This document shows, piece after piece, positions 43,705 to 54,417 of a DNA stretch of 64,000 nt. A program made the translations under genes and the position numbers. The stretch is from Promethearchaeota archaeon. Lineage in GTDB: Archaea > Asgardarchaeota > Lokiarchaeia > Sigyniarchaeales > SOKP01. Below the pieces are notes generated by a model that had not been told where the DNA came from, searched no databases, and saw only the letters and a program-made list of their open reading frames with translations. The stretch lies in NCBI GenBank assembly GCA_029838195.1, contig JALGVJ010000017.1, positions 105,690 to 169,689 of the forward strand, read 5' to 3'. Numbering within the stretch: the first letter of the stretch is position 1; every line of letters starts with the position of its first letter.

Positions 43705-44892
43705 TCATTTATTTTGGGCAAGAATTGTAACTGAAGCTACTGAGAATGCACCCCCTAAGTTATGACAGAGCCCTATTCTTGCGTCAGGAACTTGCCTGCC
43801 TTCTGCTCTTCCTTGCAATTGCTTGGTGATTTCCTGAAGCATTCGACAGCCTGTAGAACCAATGGGGTGGCCAAAAGATTTTAGTCCACCTGAAGGGTTT
43901 ACTGCTGTTTCTCCATCCCAATTGAAGGTACCATTTTTTAACTCCTCTGCCGCTTTTCCTCGATCGCAGAATTGTAAATCCTGGCAGTTGATTAATTCGG
44001 TAATTGTAAAACAATCGTGAACTTCAGCACAATTAATTTCTTTTCGTGGATTAGTTATGCCGGCTTCCTTATAGGCCATTTCAGCAGCTTTTACTGTTGA
44101 CGGAAATGAAGTAAAATCCCAACCGGGACCTGGTGGCGGAATGTACCATGGAAAATTTGTTCTGCATGATATTGCGTTTGCTTTTATTACCACGAAATCA
44201 TCGCCATGAGCATAGCTTGGCGCCAGTTCCGGACGTGTTAATATTAACGCAGCTGCACCATCCGACATGGCACAACAATCAAATCTCCCTAAGGGATCCG
44301 CAATCATGGGGGCGCGCATGGCAGTTTCAATCGTAATTTTCGACCGAAAATGAGCTTTTGGATGATAACTACCATTATCATGATTTTTAACGGCCACACG
44401 TGCTAAATCTTCTTTTGTCCAACCAAATTCGTGGAAACAGCGAGTAGCTGCCATGGAAAACATTGCAGGTGCAGAGGGTAAAGGTAATACAGGGTGGCCA
44501 AAAATTTTGAAGCCCGGAAGGCCGCTAGAACCTTCATCCATTAATTTTTCTACGCCACATGCCATGACCACGTCATAGGTACCTGAAGCCACGCCAAAAC
44601 ATGCGTTTCTAAAAGCGTCCATTCCGCTCGCACAATAATTCTCTATACGCGTGATGGGAATGCCATCGAGTCTCAAGATATCCTCTACCGTTGCTCCGGA
44701 CATTCCCGTAAAGTAATAATAGATTCCCACCCATACGGCTTCCACTTCTTCTTTTTTCATGCCCGCATCTTTGAACGCCCCTTGAGCCGCATCAAATAAG
44801 AGATCGTACTGATTCTTATCCCATCTTTCGCCATATTTTGTTGCATCAGCTCCAATAATAGCTACTTTATCTCGAATTCCTTTTATACCCAT
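43705..44892 (-). CDS. Archaeal/SCP2-type thiolase (acetyl-CoA acetyltransferase)
   Basis: ENYCASG, SDGAAA, EVHDCF, GHPIGSTG, HNLGG. Confidence 0.9.
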   Translation of the reverse strand: MGIKGIRDKVAIIGADATKYGERWDKNQYDLLFDAAQGAFKDAGMKKEEVEAVWVGIYYYFTGMSGATVEDILRLDGIPITRIENYCASGMDAFRNACFGVASGTYDVVMACGVEKLMDEGSSGLPGFKIFGHPVLPLPSAPAMFSMAATRCFHEFGWTKEDLARVAVKNHDNGSYHPKAHFRSKITIETAMRAPMIADPLGRFDCCAMSDGAAALILTRPELAPSYAHGDDFVVIKANAISCRTNFPWYIPPPGPGWDFTSFPSTVKAAEMAYKEAGITNPRKEINCAEVHDCFTITELINCQDLQFCDRGKAAEELKNGTFNWDGETAVNPSGGLKSFGHPIGSTGCRMLQEITKQLQGRAEGRQVPDARIGLCHNLGGAFSVASVTILAQNK

Positions 44893-44926
44893 TTTTCACT
44901 TACCTCCTTTAATTTTTTATAATTAA

Positions 44927-46366
44927 TTAAGGTCGACCTCTTACGGGACGACACTTCCAATAATAATTTTTAAATTCTGCTCCTTCATGGACTTTTCTGA
45001 AGGTCATTTCTACTTCCATGCCGATTTTCACGTTTTCTTCGGGTTTCTCGATTTCTGTCATGTCCAAGAGCACTCTGCCTCCATTCTCTAAATCAATAAC
45101 GCATCGTGGAACGGGCGTGTCATAATAATTTCCTCCAACGAGGTGATCGAGTGTGAACGTGAAGATCTTGCCTTTATAAGCTAATTGAACTTCTTCAAAT
45201 TGTTGATCCGCTCGACATACGGAACATGCTTGTCCCATTATAGGATATTGTACAGCACCACACTTCAAGCATTTTCGTCCATGCCATTTATATACGGAGG
45301 AAGTATCTCGCCAGAGGGTAACGGCAGAACTTTTTCGAGTATACCTATCTTTCAGTAAGAGCTCCTTGTTTTCAATGTAAACATTATAGTTTTTCAAAAC
45401 GATCATTGATTTTTGATGCCCCGTAACACCCATACGGGTTTTGGAAAGTCCTCGCAAAGCTTTCTTATCACTTACTTGCATTAAAATTGCATCAGCACCA
45501 TCGCCATATCCTGCCATGATTATTTTTGCATCTTCTTTTGGCCTGCGCAAGGCAGAAATCAATAACATGAAAGGCATGGGGGTTCCCGTATCGCCTACTT
45601 GAAAGAATAAGCCATTTTGAGCCACTCCTTGAGGAAATTTCATCATTTTAGCAATTCTCCCTTGAAGGCGTGGATTATTATAATAGTAAGCTGCGACTCC
45701 GATATCTTCAGGATTCAAATTATTTCTTTTCATTATCCCTGCCATAGCTTTCGTAACACTGTTAATGTAAAACTGCGTGTCCATTTTCACTTCAAAGGTT
45801 CGAATGAACGAGTCTTTTTCTGCTCTTTTCCAAGGACCTGTAACGTTGGCCGCTACGGAATAATGATCTAAAATGGCTAATGGAATCGGATCTTCATCTG
45901 CGACTAATAGTGCTGCTGCTCCATCACCAAATCCATACTCCCACATGGTTGAAGGTTCGGGTTTTCTCATATCTGCAGCCACAATTAAAATACTATGAAT
46001 GTCATCATTAGCCTTAATGGTATCTACGGCACGGGCTAAGGCCGTCGTTCCGGCTTTTGTTGAATCCGTAAAATCGGCAGTTATAATATCCTCTCGAAAA
46101 TCTAAAACGGTGGCTATTAAGGAGGCAGAATCTTTTTCCGTATATACTTGCGAAGTCGAGGCAAAAAATAATCCATCTACTTTTTTTGGATCCAATCCCA
46201 TCATGCAATCTAAAGATGCCTCCACCGCCATTGTAAGACTATCCTCATCGGCGTTAGCCACTGCTTTCGTGCCCGGCACTGCGGGAAAATCCCAAGCTTT
46301 AGCAATCAATTCACGAGGAAGGAGATATCGGGGTAAGTACGCCCCATAGCTTTTAATTCCAATCAT
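44927..46366 (-). CDS. HMG-CoA-synthase-like domain fused to DUF35 (Zn-ribbon/OB-fold)
   Basis: YGAYLPRY, DEDSLTM, GDGAAA, GYGDGAD; C-terminal CxxC...CxxC and GMEVEMTFRK...YYWKCRP. Confidence 0.85.
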   Translation of the reverse strand: MIGIKSYGAYLPRYLLPRELIAKAWDFPAVPGTKAVANADEDSLTMAVEASLDCMMGLDPKKVDGLFFASTSQVYTEKDSASLIATVLDFREDIITADFTDSTKAGTTALARAVDTIKANDDIHSILIVAADMRKPEPSTMWEYGFGDGAAALLVADEDPIPLAILDHYSVAANVTGPWKRAEKDSFIRTFEVKMDTQFYINSVTKAMAGIMKRNNLNPEDIGVAAYYYNNPRLQGRIAKMMKFPQGVAQNGLFFQVGDTGTPMPFMLLISALRRPKEDAKIIMAGYGDGADAILMQVSDKKALRGLSKTRMGVTGHQKSMIVLKNYNVYIENKELLLKDRYTRKSSAVTLWRDTSSVYKWHGRKCLKCGAVQYPIMGQACSVCRADQQFEEVQLAYKGKIFTFTLDHLVGGNYYDTPVPRCVIDLENGGRVLLDMTEIEKPEENVKIGMEVEMTFRKVHEGAEFKNYYWKCRPVRGRP

Positions 46367-46695
46367 TTTTTTTTTCTCTTAGTATAACTTTTTATAATAT
46401 ATTAAAAATGAATCTTATTTTGAATTTAACACTTATTAATTTTTCTTTTCTTGAAAATAAAGTCAACAAATCCTTGACAATTGAACCCTTCAGAATTGAG
46501 GGGCTTCCTTCTGCTCAGAAAGCTCGTGAACATGTCCTCTGAAGGAATAAATGGAAAAAATTGACGCAAATTTCTTGACTCTTACTACTTTCTCCCACTA
46601 CTTGAACTAGGTAAATTTTTATACGTGAGAAAGTTTAAAAAAATATTATTTAACAATTTTAATAGCAGGGATTTAATTAAAGAAGTGTTTGATAA

Positions 46696-47676
46696 ATGAA
46701 AAAAGACCATGCCATAATATATAATCCAAAGGCCGGGAAAAAAAAGAAAACTCAGCGTGATATAGAATATATGATAAAATGCTTGAATGATATAGGTATT
46801 TCTTATAAATTATTTGAAACACGATACCCGGGACATGCCATCGAGCTTGCAGAACAATGTGCAAAGGATGGATATCGAGTGATCGGGGCAGGTGGGGATG
46901 GAACGTGCAATGAAGTCATGAATGGCGTAATTAATTCCGGAACAGGCGAGCTCGTGGGATTTATCCCTATGGGTACAGGCAATGATATTCCCGGCGCAAT
47001 CGGAATCTTACCGGACATAAAACGGGCGTGCGAGATTATACATGAAGGCCATAGTTCCAAGTCGGATATAGGCTTAGCAATAACGGATGCTGGTGTGAAA
47101 CGTTATTTTTTGGGAATCGGTTCGCAAGGCTTTGATGCAGAAGTAACTAAACGAACTAATGAGATGCGAAAGATCTTCAAGGGAACCAAAAACTATATCG
47201 TGCAAGTATTAAAGACAATAATTATATGGAAAAATAAGGAGATAAGAGTCATGATGGATGGAGATATTCATGAAGGTCCGGCTAACTTGATAGCGGTTGC
47301 AAATGGCCCGAGCTATGGCGGGTGGATGTATATTTGCCAAAAAGCCCGGGTCAATGACGGAATTTTCCACGTGAACGTTGTCAACATGAAAAAAATACGC
47401 TTATTAAAAGATTTCAACAAGATGTACAAAGCAAAAGTCCTTCCTCATCCTGATATATACGAGTACACGAGTGAAAAAGTAAGAATTGAGATGTTAAATG
47501 CCGAAGCGGATGAGCATTATTTCTGCCAAGTAGACGGAGAAGTATTGGGACACGTGCCGGTTAATTACGAATGCATTCCCGATGGATATGAATTTCTTAG
47601 ACCAGAAATTGATGAAGTAGCCGAAGCATTCAAGCAAAAGCATGGACGATATTTTTGGGAATGTGATTATGAATGA
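46696..47676 (+). CDS. Diacylglycerol/lipid kinase family (YegS/DgkB-like)
   Basis: NPKAG, GGDGT, PMGTGND, GFDA, QVDGE. Confidence 0.9.
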   Translation: MKKDHAIIYNPKAGKKKKTQRDIEYMIKCLNDIGISYKLFETRYPGHAIELAEQCAKDGYRVIGAGGDGTCNEVMNGVINSGTGELVGFIPMGTGNDIPGAIGILPDIKRACEIIHEGHSSKSDIGLAITDAGVKRYFLGIGSQGFDAEVTKRTNEMRKIFKGTKNYIVQVLKTIIIWKNKEIRVMMDGDIHEGPANLIAVANGPSYGGWMYICQKARVNDGIFHVNVVNMKKIRLLKDFNKMYKAKVLPHPDIYEYTSEKVRIEMLNAEADEHYFCQVDGEVLGHVPVNYECIPDGYEFLRPEIDEVAEAFKQKHGRYFWECDYE

Positions 47677-48234
47677 GGAATGAAAAGTAATAAATAATTC
47701 TTATTTGAAGTTATGTTCATTTTTCTTAATAATAAATTAAGTGAAATTATTCTTAAAATTAGAAAACGAATTCACCTTATCATCCTATAATTTATAGCAT
47801 ATTATTATTCAATAAGATAAAAAAATACTTCAAAAAATTTGGAATGAATTGGGGCCCCAATGTAAGGAGATTTCCATTTTAAAATGAAATAATACGATGA
47901 TTTATCATTATTAATAACTTGTTATTAAAAGTGCTCATCTAACCTCAAAAATAATAATTTCATTCTTGAAAGCTTGCTCAAAACCTAATCAAATATCGTC
48001 ACCGCCGATTCAGCAAAATAAATCTATGGCCCTACATGTTCTTTTTTTTTCTCGATTTTGAAACGTTTATTACTTATCATCATCATCATCGGATACTAAT
48101 ATTCTAGCATTTTTCCTTGAAACATGAAAGTGAATTATTCGAAAATATTAATATTCTATTCATTAGAAAATATTAATATTCTATTCATTAATATTATAAA
48201 TTGGAAACACGAATTTAAAATTCAAGTGATATCC

Positions 48235-50031
48235 ATGCAAGTAGAAAATGAAGATGAAGTAAAGCGTTATTGGGATAAGAATTGGCCTGAAGAAGTACCC
48301 AAGTCTATTGATTATGAAGAAATTTCTTTGGGACAAATGCTTCGGAACGCTGCCACCCAATATCCTGATTCGCAAGCCATTTATTTTGAAGGATGGCGCT
48401 GCACGTATCAAGAATTAGATGCGTTGGTAGATCAATTTGCCACGGCTTTAACACGCATGGGAATAAAAAAGGGCGATGTCGTACTCATCGATCTTCCTAA
48501 CGTGCCTCAATTCATCATTAGTTATTATGGTATTGTAAGAATAGGGGCCGTTGCGAATCCCATTATTCCCCTAAACCGATACACGGAAATCATCCATCAA
48601 GTTAATGATTCTAAGGGAAAAATGCTCATCAGCCTCGACGTGCTTTTCGAAGAACACCTCTATGGTAAGGACTTGAGCAAAATGCCTACTTTAAAGGATA
48701 TCATCCTCACGGGTATATCAGAATACTTGCCTCCTATTAAGGCTAAATTAGGAAAACTCCTTGGAAAAGTTCCGATGATGAAAAAATGGCCATCAGGAAA
48801 AGTTAACGGTGTTACTTACCATGCTTTTCAAGATATTCTCCAAAAAGGTCTTCCCGTTGAAGTTCCGGCTGTCAAAATAGATCCTAAAAAAGATGTTTCT
48901 ACTTTAATTTATACCGGTGGTACAACGGGATTACCTAAAGGCTGTCAAATATCTCATTATAATCTAGTGGTTAACGCTCAACAAGGAAACGTGTGGGCTC
49001 AATCTCAATTACCTCAACTGAAAGAAACCATGGGAAAAGGAGGCATGTTTATTGTTCTGCCACTCGCTCATGAATTTGCTCTTTCAGTCGGCATGAACAT
49101 CGCCATTAGCAATGGATATAAAATGATCTTATTTCCAAAGCCACCAGAAAAAATTTCCAAAATTTTAGAGATAATTAAAAAAGAGGGGGCAACTTTTGGC
49201 CCCGGCGTGCCCACGCTATGGAATGCATTAGCGAATTCTAAAGAAGCGCCAAAATATAAGGGAAAATTAGATTCCTTGGTAGCTTGCTTGAGCGGAGCTT
49301 CGGCATTACCCTTAGAAGTGAAGAAAAAATTTGAGGAGATTACAGGAGCTCTCATCGTGGAAGGTTTTGGCATGAGCGAGACCAGCCCCATTCTCACGGT
49401 AACACCTTTTCACAAATACAAGGAAAACACCGTAGGATTTCCCGTTTCAGATACACTAATTAAAATTGTTGATATTGAAACGGGAACGAAAATTTTGCCT
49501 CAATGTCCTAATGAAAGTTGCGATAACTGTGGAGCTGAAGAGGCAGAAAAGTATATTGGTGAAATTTGTGGGTGCGGCCCCCAAGTATTTCTTGGATACT
49601 TAAACCGACCAGAAGCAACGGAATATGCATTAAGAAAGGATTCTAAAGGGCGAACGTGGTATTATACGACCGATATAGGGTGCATCGATAAAGATGGGTA
49701 TCTTCATATAAAAGATCGCAAGCGAGACATGATAAAATATAAAGGACATAGCGTATTTCCACGAGAAGTAGAGGACCTCATGTATCAACATCCTGCTATT
49801 AATGAAGTAGGTGTTGTCGGCGTTCCCGACCCAGAAGTGGGCGAGAATATTAAAGCTTACGTGTCTTTAAAGCCGGAATACGTGGGCAAAGTATCGGAAG
49901 AAGATTTAAAGAAATGGTGTATGGAAAATATCAGTGCTTATAAATATCCGCGAATCATCGAAATCATTCCAGAAATGCCAAAATCCGTAGTGGGAAAAAT
50001 CTTAAGAAGAGAATTGCGAGTTAAAGAATGA
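48235..50031 (+). CDS. Long-chain fatty acid-CoA ligase
   Basis: YTGGTTGLPKG, EGFGMSE, DRKRDMI, PKSVVGKILRR; ATG at 48235 preferred. Confidence 0.92.
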   Translation: MQVENEDEVKRYWDKNWPEEVPKSIDYEEISLGQMLRNAATQYPDSQAIYFEGWRCTYQELDALVDQFATALTRMGIKKGDVVLIDLPNVPQFIISYYGIVRIGAVANPIIPLNRYTEIIHQVNDSKGKMLISLDVLFEEHLYGKDLSKMPTLKDIILTGISEYLPPIKAKLGKLLGKVPMMKKWPSGKVNGVTYHAFQDILQKGLPVEVPAVKIDPKKDVSTLIYTGGTTGLPKGCQISHYNLVVNAQQGNVWAQSQLPQLKETMGKGGMFIVLPLAHEFALSVGMNIAISNGYKMILFPKPPEKISKILEIIKKEGATFGPGVPTLWNALANSKEAPKYKGKLDSLVACLSGASALPLEVKKKFEEITGALIVEGFGMSETSPILTVTPFHKYKENTVGFPVSDTLIKIVDIETGTKILPQCPNESCDNCGAEEAEKYIGEICGCGPQVFLGYLNRPEATEYALRKDSKGRTWYYTTDIGCIDKDGYLHIKDRKRDMIKYKGHSVFPREVEDLMYQHPAINEVGVVGVPDPEVGENIKAYVSLKPEYVGKVSEEDLKKWCMENISAYKYPRIIEIIPEMPKSVVGKILRRELRVKE

Positions 50032-50190
50032 ATCAATAATACACGTTTTATTTTTTTTCAATTTATTCGTTTTTTTAAATCTAACTCCTGAACTTTTTAA
50101 AAATCTTTAAATTATGATCCATTCTTTTGAGTGACTTAACAATACATAACATGATGTAAACGAATAAAATTTAAATGGGTTAAAAAGAGA

Positions 50191-51570
50191 ATGGAACAGC
50201 AAGGATTGACCATGAAACAAAAAGTGGGATATGCTTTCGGCGCTATTCCCGCAGCGATACTTCTTTATCTGTTTTACTTGTATTATATCGAATTTTTTTA
50301 TGATGATTTGAAACTGATGCCCTTTTTATTCATAATTGGTCAAGGAATTTTTGCTACAATCAACGCCGTTAATGATCCGCTTATGGGACAGCTTTCAGAC
50401 AAGACAAATAGAGAAAAATGGGGTGGTCGTAGAATTCCTTTTATAAAATACGGTGCTCCGATTTGGGCAATTACCTATGCTCTTACATGGTTTCCGTGGA
50501 GTTATGACAATCAAATTCTCATATTTCTGCAGTTCGTGACATTTACGTGTGCGTATGATACTATGATGACGTTAGTCATCTTGTGTTGGATGGCCCTTCT
50601 TCCTGAAATGACTTCAGATATTCAAGAACGAAATCAAGTGAATTTTATCGTGGGCATACTGGGTCTTGTAGGATTACTTCCTTTTATTATTTTAGCACCT
50701 ATATATAAGAGTGCGGGGTTGCTTTCTTTTCAGATTTTTAACATCGTGGTGGCGATTATATCCGCAACATGCTTTATAATCGTAGCAAGAGTAAGCAAAG
50801 AACGTCCAGAGTTTCAACATGAAGAGGTATTTCCTATTGGAAAATCGCTTAAAGAGACGTTAAAAATGAAGTCCTTCAGGTTTTTTGTACTTTATAATTT
50901 CTTTGTAACTCTTAATTCTTCGATTGGCTTATCCTATTTATTTGCATACGTGTTCATTTTAGGAGGCGATTTTGTTTCCGCATTTATTTTATATTTTTTG
51001 ATATTCATTTTGGTTGGCTATAGTTCTAATTTTTTTTGCATAAAACTAGCTCCAAAATTTGGAATGTGGAACATTACGATACGGTTTGGGCTTATTTTAG
51101 TGGCCTTGAGAATTATCTTTTTCTTTATTGTTTTGAATCCCGCCTTAGAAAATCTTATCTGGCTTGGACTTGTACTAATGACTATATTTGGAGGACATGG
51201 TGTTTTTAACACTAATTATCTTTATTTATGTATGGACGAGGATGAAATTAATCAAGGAATTCGTCGTGAAGGAATGTTTCTTGGCACGAATGCGTTAATC
51301 ACCAAACCTGCTCAGAGTTTAGGACCCATCATTGCGACGGTAATTTTCACTTACTTTAGCTTCGTTCAAGATGCCCCCGTACAATCTGCTCAAGCGATTT
51401 TAGGGATTAAAATTCTATTCTTTCTCGTTCCAGCATTTTCAAGCTTGATTGGTTTGTTATTTTTCTATTTCTATCCCCTTCATGGAGAAAGATTAGAGGG
51501 ATTAAAAAAGGAATTAGAAGATCTACATGTTAAAAAACGAATGAAATTAAACACTTTATCAAACGAATAG
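50191..51570 (+). CDS. MFS transporter, GPH family
   Basis: NAVNDPLMGQLSDKT...GRRIPF, RREG. Confidence 0.87.
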   Translation: MEQQGLTMKQKVGYAFGAIPAAILLYLFYLYYIEFFYDDLKLMPFLFIIGQGIFATINAVNDPLMGQLSDKTNREKWGGRRIPFIKYGAPIWAITYALTWFPWSYDNQILIFLQFVTFTCAYDTMMTLVILCWMALLPEMTSDIQERNQVNFIVGILGLVGLLPFIILAPIYKSAGLLSFQIFNIVVAIISATCFIIVARVSKERPEFQHEEVFPIGKSLKETLKMKSFRFFVLYNFFVTLNSSIGLSYLFAYVFILGGDFVSAFILYFLIFILVGYSSNFFCIKLAPKFGMWNITIRFGLILVALRIIFFFIVLNPALENLIWLGLVLMTIFGGHGVFNTNYLYLCMDEDEINQGIRREGMFLGTNALITKPAQSLGPIIATVIFTYFSFVQDAPVQSAQAILGIKILFFLVPAFSSLIGLLFFYFYPLHGERLEGLKKELEDLHVKKRMKLNTLSNE

Positions 51571-51647
51571 GAGTAAGAAAAGAAGCTTAGAAGAGATCTC
51601 AAGAATAAGTAAAAAGAAAAAGCAAGCAAAGAGGTAAGGATAAAGAA

Positions 51648-53141
51648 ATGATCGTATTAAATACGAAAAAAGGAAAAATAAAAGGAATTCAAGAGGCAAA
51701 TTATCAAGCATTTTTGGGAATTCCTTATGCTAAAGCACCAACAGGAAAATTAAGGTTTCAAGAGCCTCAGCCCATGGAACCATGGGAGATTATTCGGGAT
51801 TGCACGAAATTTGGACCAATAGCGCCTCAACATCAAGCTGACATGCCCCCCATCAATCAACCAGAGAGCGAAGATTGTCTTTATTTAAACGTGTGGACGC
51901 CTAAAGCTGATGATCAATTAAGGCCTGTAATGGCATGGATTCACGGTGGGGCATTTTTAATTGGAGCGGGTTCTCGACCCCGGTTAAATGGAGCACGATT
52001 AGCTTCTTTTGGAGATGTTGTGGTGGTAACTTTTAATTATCGCTTGGGCAGCTTGGGTTTTCTTAATCTTCCTTGGATCCCTCCAAATTTAGGCATTCAA
52101 GATCAAATAGCTGCGCTTAAGTGGATTAAAGAAAATATTAAGGTATTTGGTGGAGATCCGAATAACATCACTATTTTTGGAGAGTCGGCGGGAGGAGGAT
52201 CCGTTTCAATCTTGCTTGCAATACCTCCTGCAAGGGGATTATTTCACCGTGCCATCATGGAAAGTGGTGTTGCCTCTCCATTAGATTATGAACCCGAATC
52301 AGCGAAGAAGGGTGCTGAAAAATTCATTTCGAAATTAGGATTTTCGGGAGAAAATATTGAGGAATTGCAAGCTATTCAGCTGAAAAAGATCATTAGAACT
52401 CAGAAAAAAATAGCGGGATTAATAGGGCTTTCTTTTAGTAATCCATTCCGACCATGTGTAGATGGTAAAATAATTCCGGAACATCCCTTAGAATTAATTA
52501 GAAAAGGAAAAGCAAGTAAAGTTCCGATCATCATTGGAACAAATCTCAACGAAGCCAGCTTTATTAATGCCTTTTTTACCATGGCAACTGATGATAGCAA
52601 GACTAAAAATTTAAATGCCACGCTAAAAGATGGAATCAAAGCACTTGGGCTTAAAGAAAAAGCTATAGACAAGCTAATTGCTATTTATGAAAAAACAGCT
52701 CGAGAAAAATATCCCTCTAAACCATTCAAGTATTGGGAAATGCTGATCACGGATTTAATGTTTCGTATTCCTTCTATTCGGCAATTAGAAGCATTTATTC
52801 AGCACCATCCGGATGCCTATTGTTATTTATTCACGATGGGAGCTTCCAAGGATGGGAATGCTTTTCATACCGTTGAAATTCCTTTTGTTTTTGGAAACCT
52901 CGATTCAAAGGATATGAACGAAAATTTCGTGGGTACTGGAGAAAGTGCCAAAAAATTATCTGAAATCATAATGAGAACTTGGACCTCATTTGCACGAAAG
53001 GGGAACCCCAATCATGAAGAATTACCTAAATGGCCTTCTTATGACCTTCAAGATCGTGCGACCATGATTTTTGATGCTTCTCCTCGGGTGGAGAATGCTC
53101 CCTTGGATGAATTAAGAAAGGTGTGGGATGGGATACTATAG
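51648..53141 (+). CDS. Type-B carboxylesterase
   Basis: FLGIPYA, SEDCLYLNVW, HGGAF, GESAG, HTVE. Confidence 0.92.
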   Translation: MIVLNTKKGKIKGIQEANYQAFLGIPYAKAPTGKLRFQEPQPMEPWEIIRDCTKFGPIAPQHQADMPPINQPESEDCLYLNVWTPKADDQLRPVMAWIHGGAFLIGAGSRPRLNGARLASFGDVVVVTFNYRLGSLGFLNLPWIPPNLGIQDQIAALKWIKENIKVFGGDPNNITIFGESAGGGSVSILLAIPPARGLFHRAIMESGVASPLDYEPESAKKGAEKFISKLGFSGENIEELQAIQLKKIIRTQKKIAGLIGLSFSNPFRPCVDGKIIPEHPLELIRKGKASKVPIIIGTNLNEASFINAFFTMATDDSKTKNLNATLKDGIKALGLKEKAIDKLIAIYEKTAREKYPSKPFKYWEMLITDLMFRIPSIRQLEAFIQHHPDAYCYLFTMGASKDGNAFHTVEIPFVFGNLDSKDMNENFVGTGESAKKLSEIIMRTWTSFARKGNPNHEELPKWPSYDLQDRATMIFDASPRVENAPLDELRKVWDGIL

Positions 53142-53292
53142 TTTCCTTTTTCCTTCACTTGTTTTTTTATTTTTCATGTTTATTTGCTTGAAATATAGCA
53201 AAATGAAATATATTTATTTTTTATCAAATAATTACCACCTAATTTTATAGTTTCTCTTAACTCATATTAAAAGAAAGGAAGGGATTAAAGAA

Positions 53293-54360
53293 TTAAGCAA
53301 GTAGCAGATTCCAATCTAATGCCTTGTCAAGAATGTCCAATATCAAGTTTATTTCCTTTTCTTGAATACTGGGTTTTATTCTCATGAGATTTCTCATGGT
53401 CGTATACGTATCAGAAGGCGAAAGAATTATGGGAATACCTCGTTCATTAGCCGCAGTTATAACTTTAATGTCTGGCTGGATAAAACCAGTTAAAATTAAA
53501 CAAGAAATATCTTCATTAATAGCAGCTAAAATAAGATCTGAGCGATCTCCACCAGTTATGAATGCTGCTCGCTTGACTTGTCTTAGATATTTCAAAGCAC
53601 TTTGAGTATTCATCGCTCCTATTATGTATGTTTCAACTAAATCATCTAAGCTTTCTGAAGTGATTTCATTAATTAATTCTCCTCCGATTGCTTCCATTAT
53701 TTCTAAAACTCTTGGAGAAAATAACTCTAAGCTTTTTTCTATAATTCCAATAATAGGAATGTTATATTTTTTAATATGGTTAATTTCTAATTCTTTAATG
53801 CGAGCAATGTAATCATGGTCAATTTTATTAAAAATAATCCCTTTAATACCAATTTTTCGATAATCAAAATATTTTTTGGTAAAAAACAAGTTGTCTATAC
53901 ATTTGTCGCTTGATTCCGTTTCCACGTATATAACCTCTTGCAAGTCAAGAGATTGAGCTATCGTGATGTCATCTAGGCCTACTCTAATGAATTTTTTAAT
54001 GGTCGGTGCTCCTTCAATTATAACGTAATCTACATCTTTTGAAATGGTATTATAAGCTTGTTTGATAAGTTCTAAATATTCTATTTTTTTTCTTTGATCT
54101 ACTAAATCTATATAATAACAATCAGGAATTGAAACGGGAGAATGAAGATCATAAGGAAATCTAGATTGATCTATACATGTTTTTTGGATAAAACCAACAT
54201 CTCTATCAGCTTTAGCAGAATAGGCGCTTGCGGGAATCCCAATTGGTTTAAAATAAATCGCCTTTTTGTTTTCCATTTTCAATTTTTGTAAAATGCCAAT
54301 TGACAGAAAACTTTTTCCAACTCTTTCCCTTAAACTGCAAAGATAAATAGTTTTTACCAT
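53293..54360 (-). CDS. Phosphotransacetylase N-terminal-like (AAA_26 plus DRTGG) protein
   Basis: GKS, YFKP, IIEG, ITGGDRSD, LILTG. Confidence 0.85.
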   Translation of the reverse strand: MVKTIYLCSLRERVGKSFLSIGILQKLKMENKKAIYFKPIGIPASAYSAKADRDVGFIQKTCIDQSRFPYDLHSPVSIPDCYYIDLVDQRKKIEYLELIKQAYNTISKDVDYVIIEGAPTIKKFIRVGLDDITIAQSLDLQEVIYVETESSDKCIDNLFFTKKYFDYRKIGIKGIIFNKIDHDYIARIKELEINHIKKYNIPIIGIIEKSLELFSPRVLEIMEAIGGELINEITSESLDDLVETYIIGAMNTQSALKYLRQVKRAAFITGGDRSDLILAAINEDISCLILTGFIQPDIKVITAANERGIPIILSPSDTYTTMRNLMRIKPSIQEKEINLILDILDKALDWNLLLA

Positions 54361-54417
54361 TCTTTCTCACTTCTTTTTATTACATGTTAAATTAATTAGT
54401 TTATTTTATATATTTTT

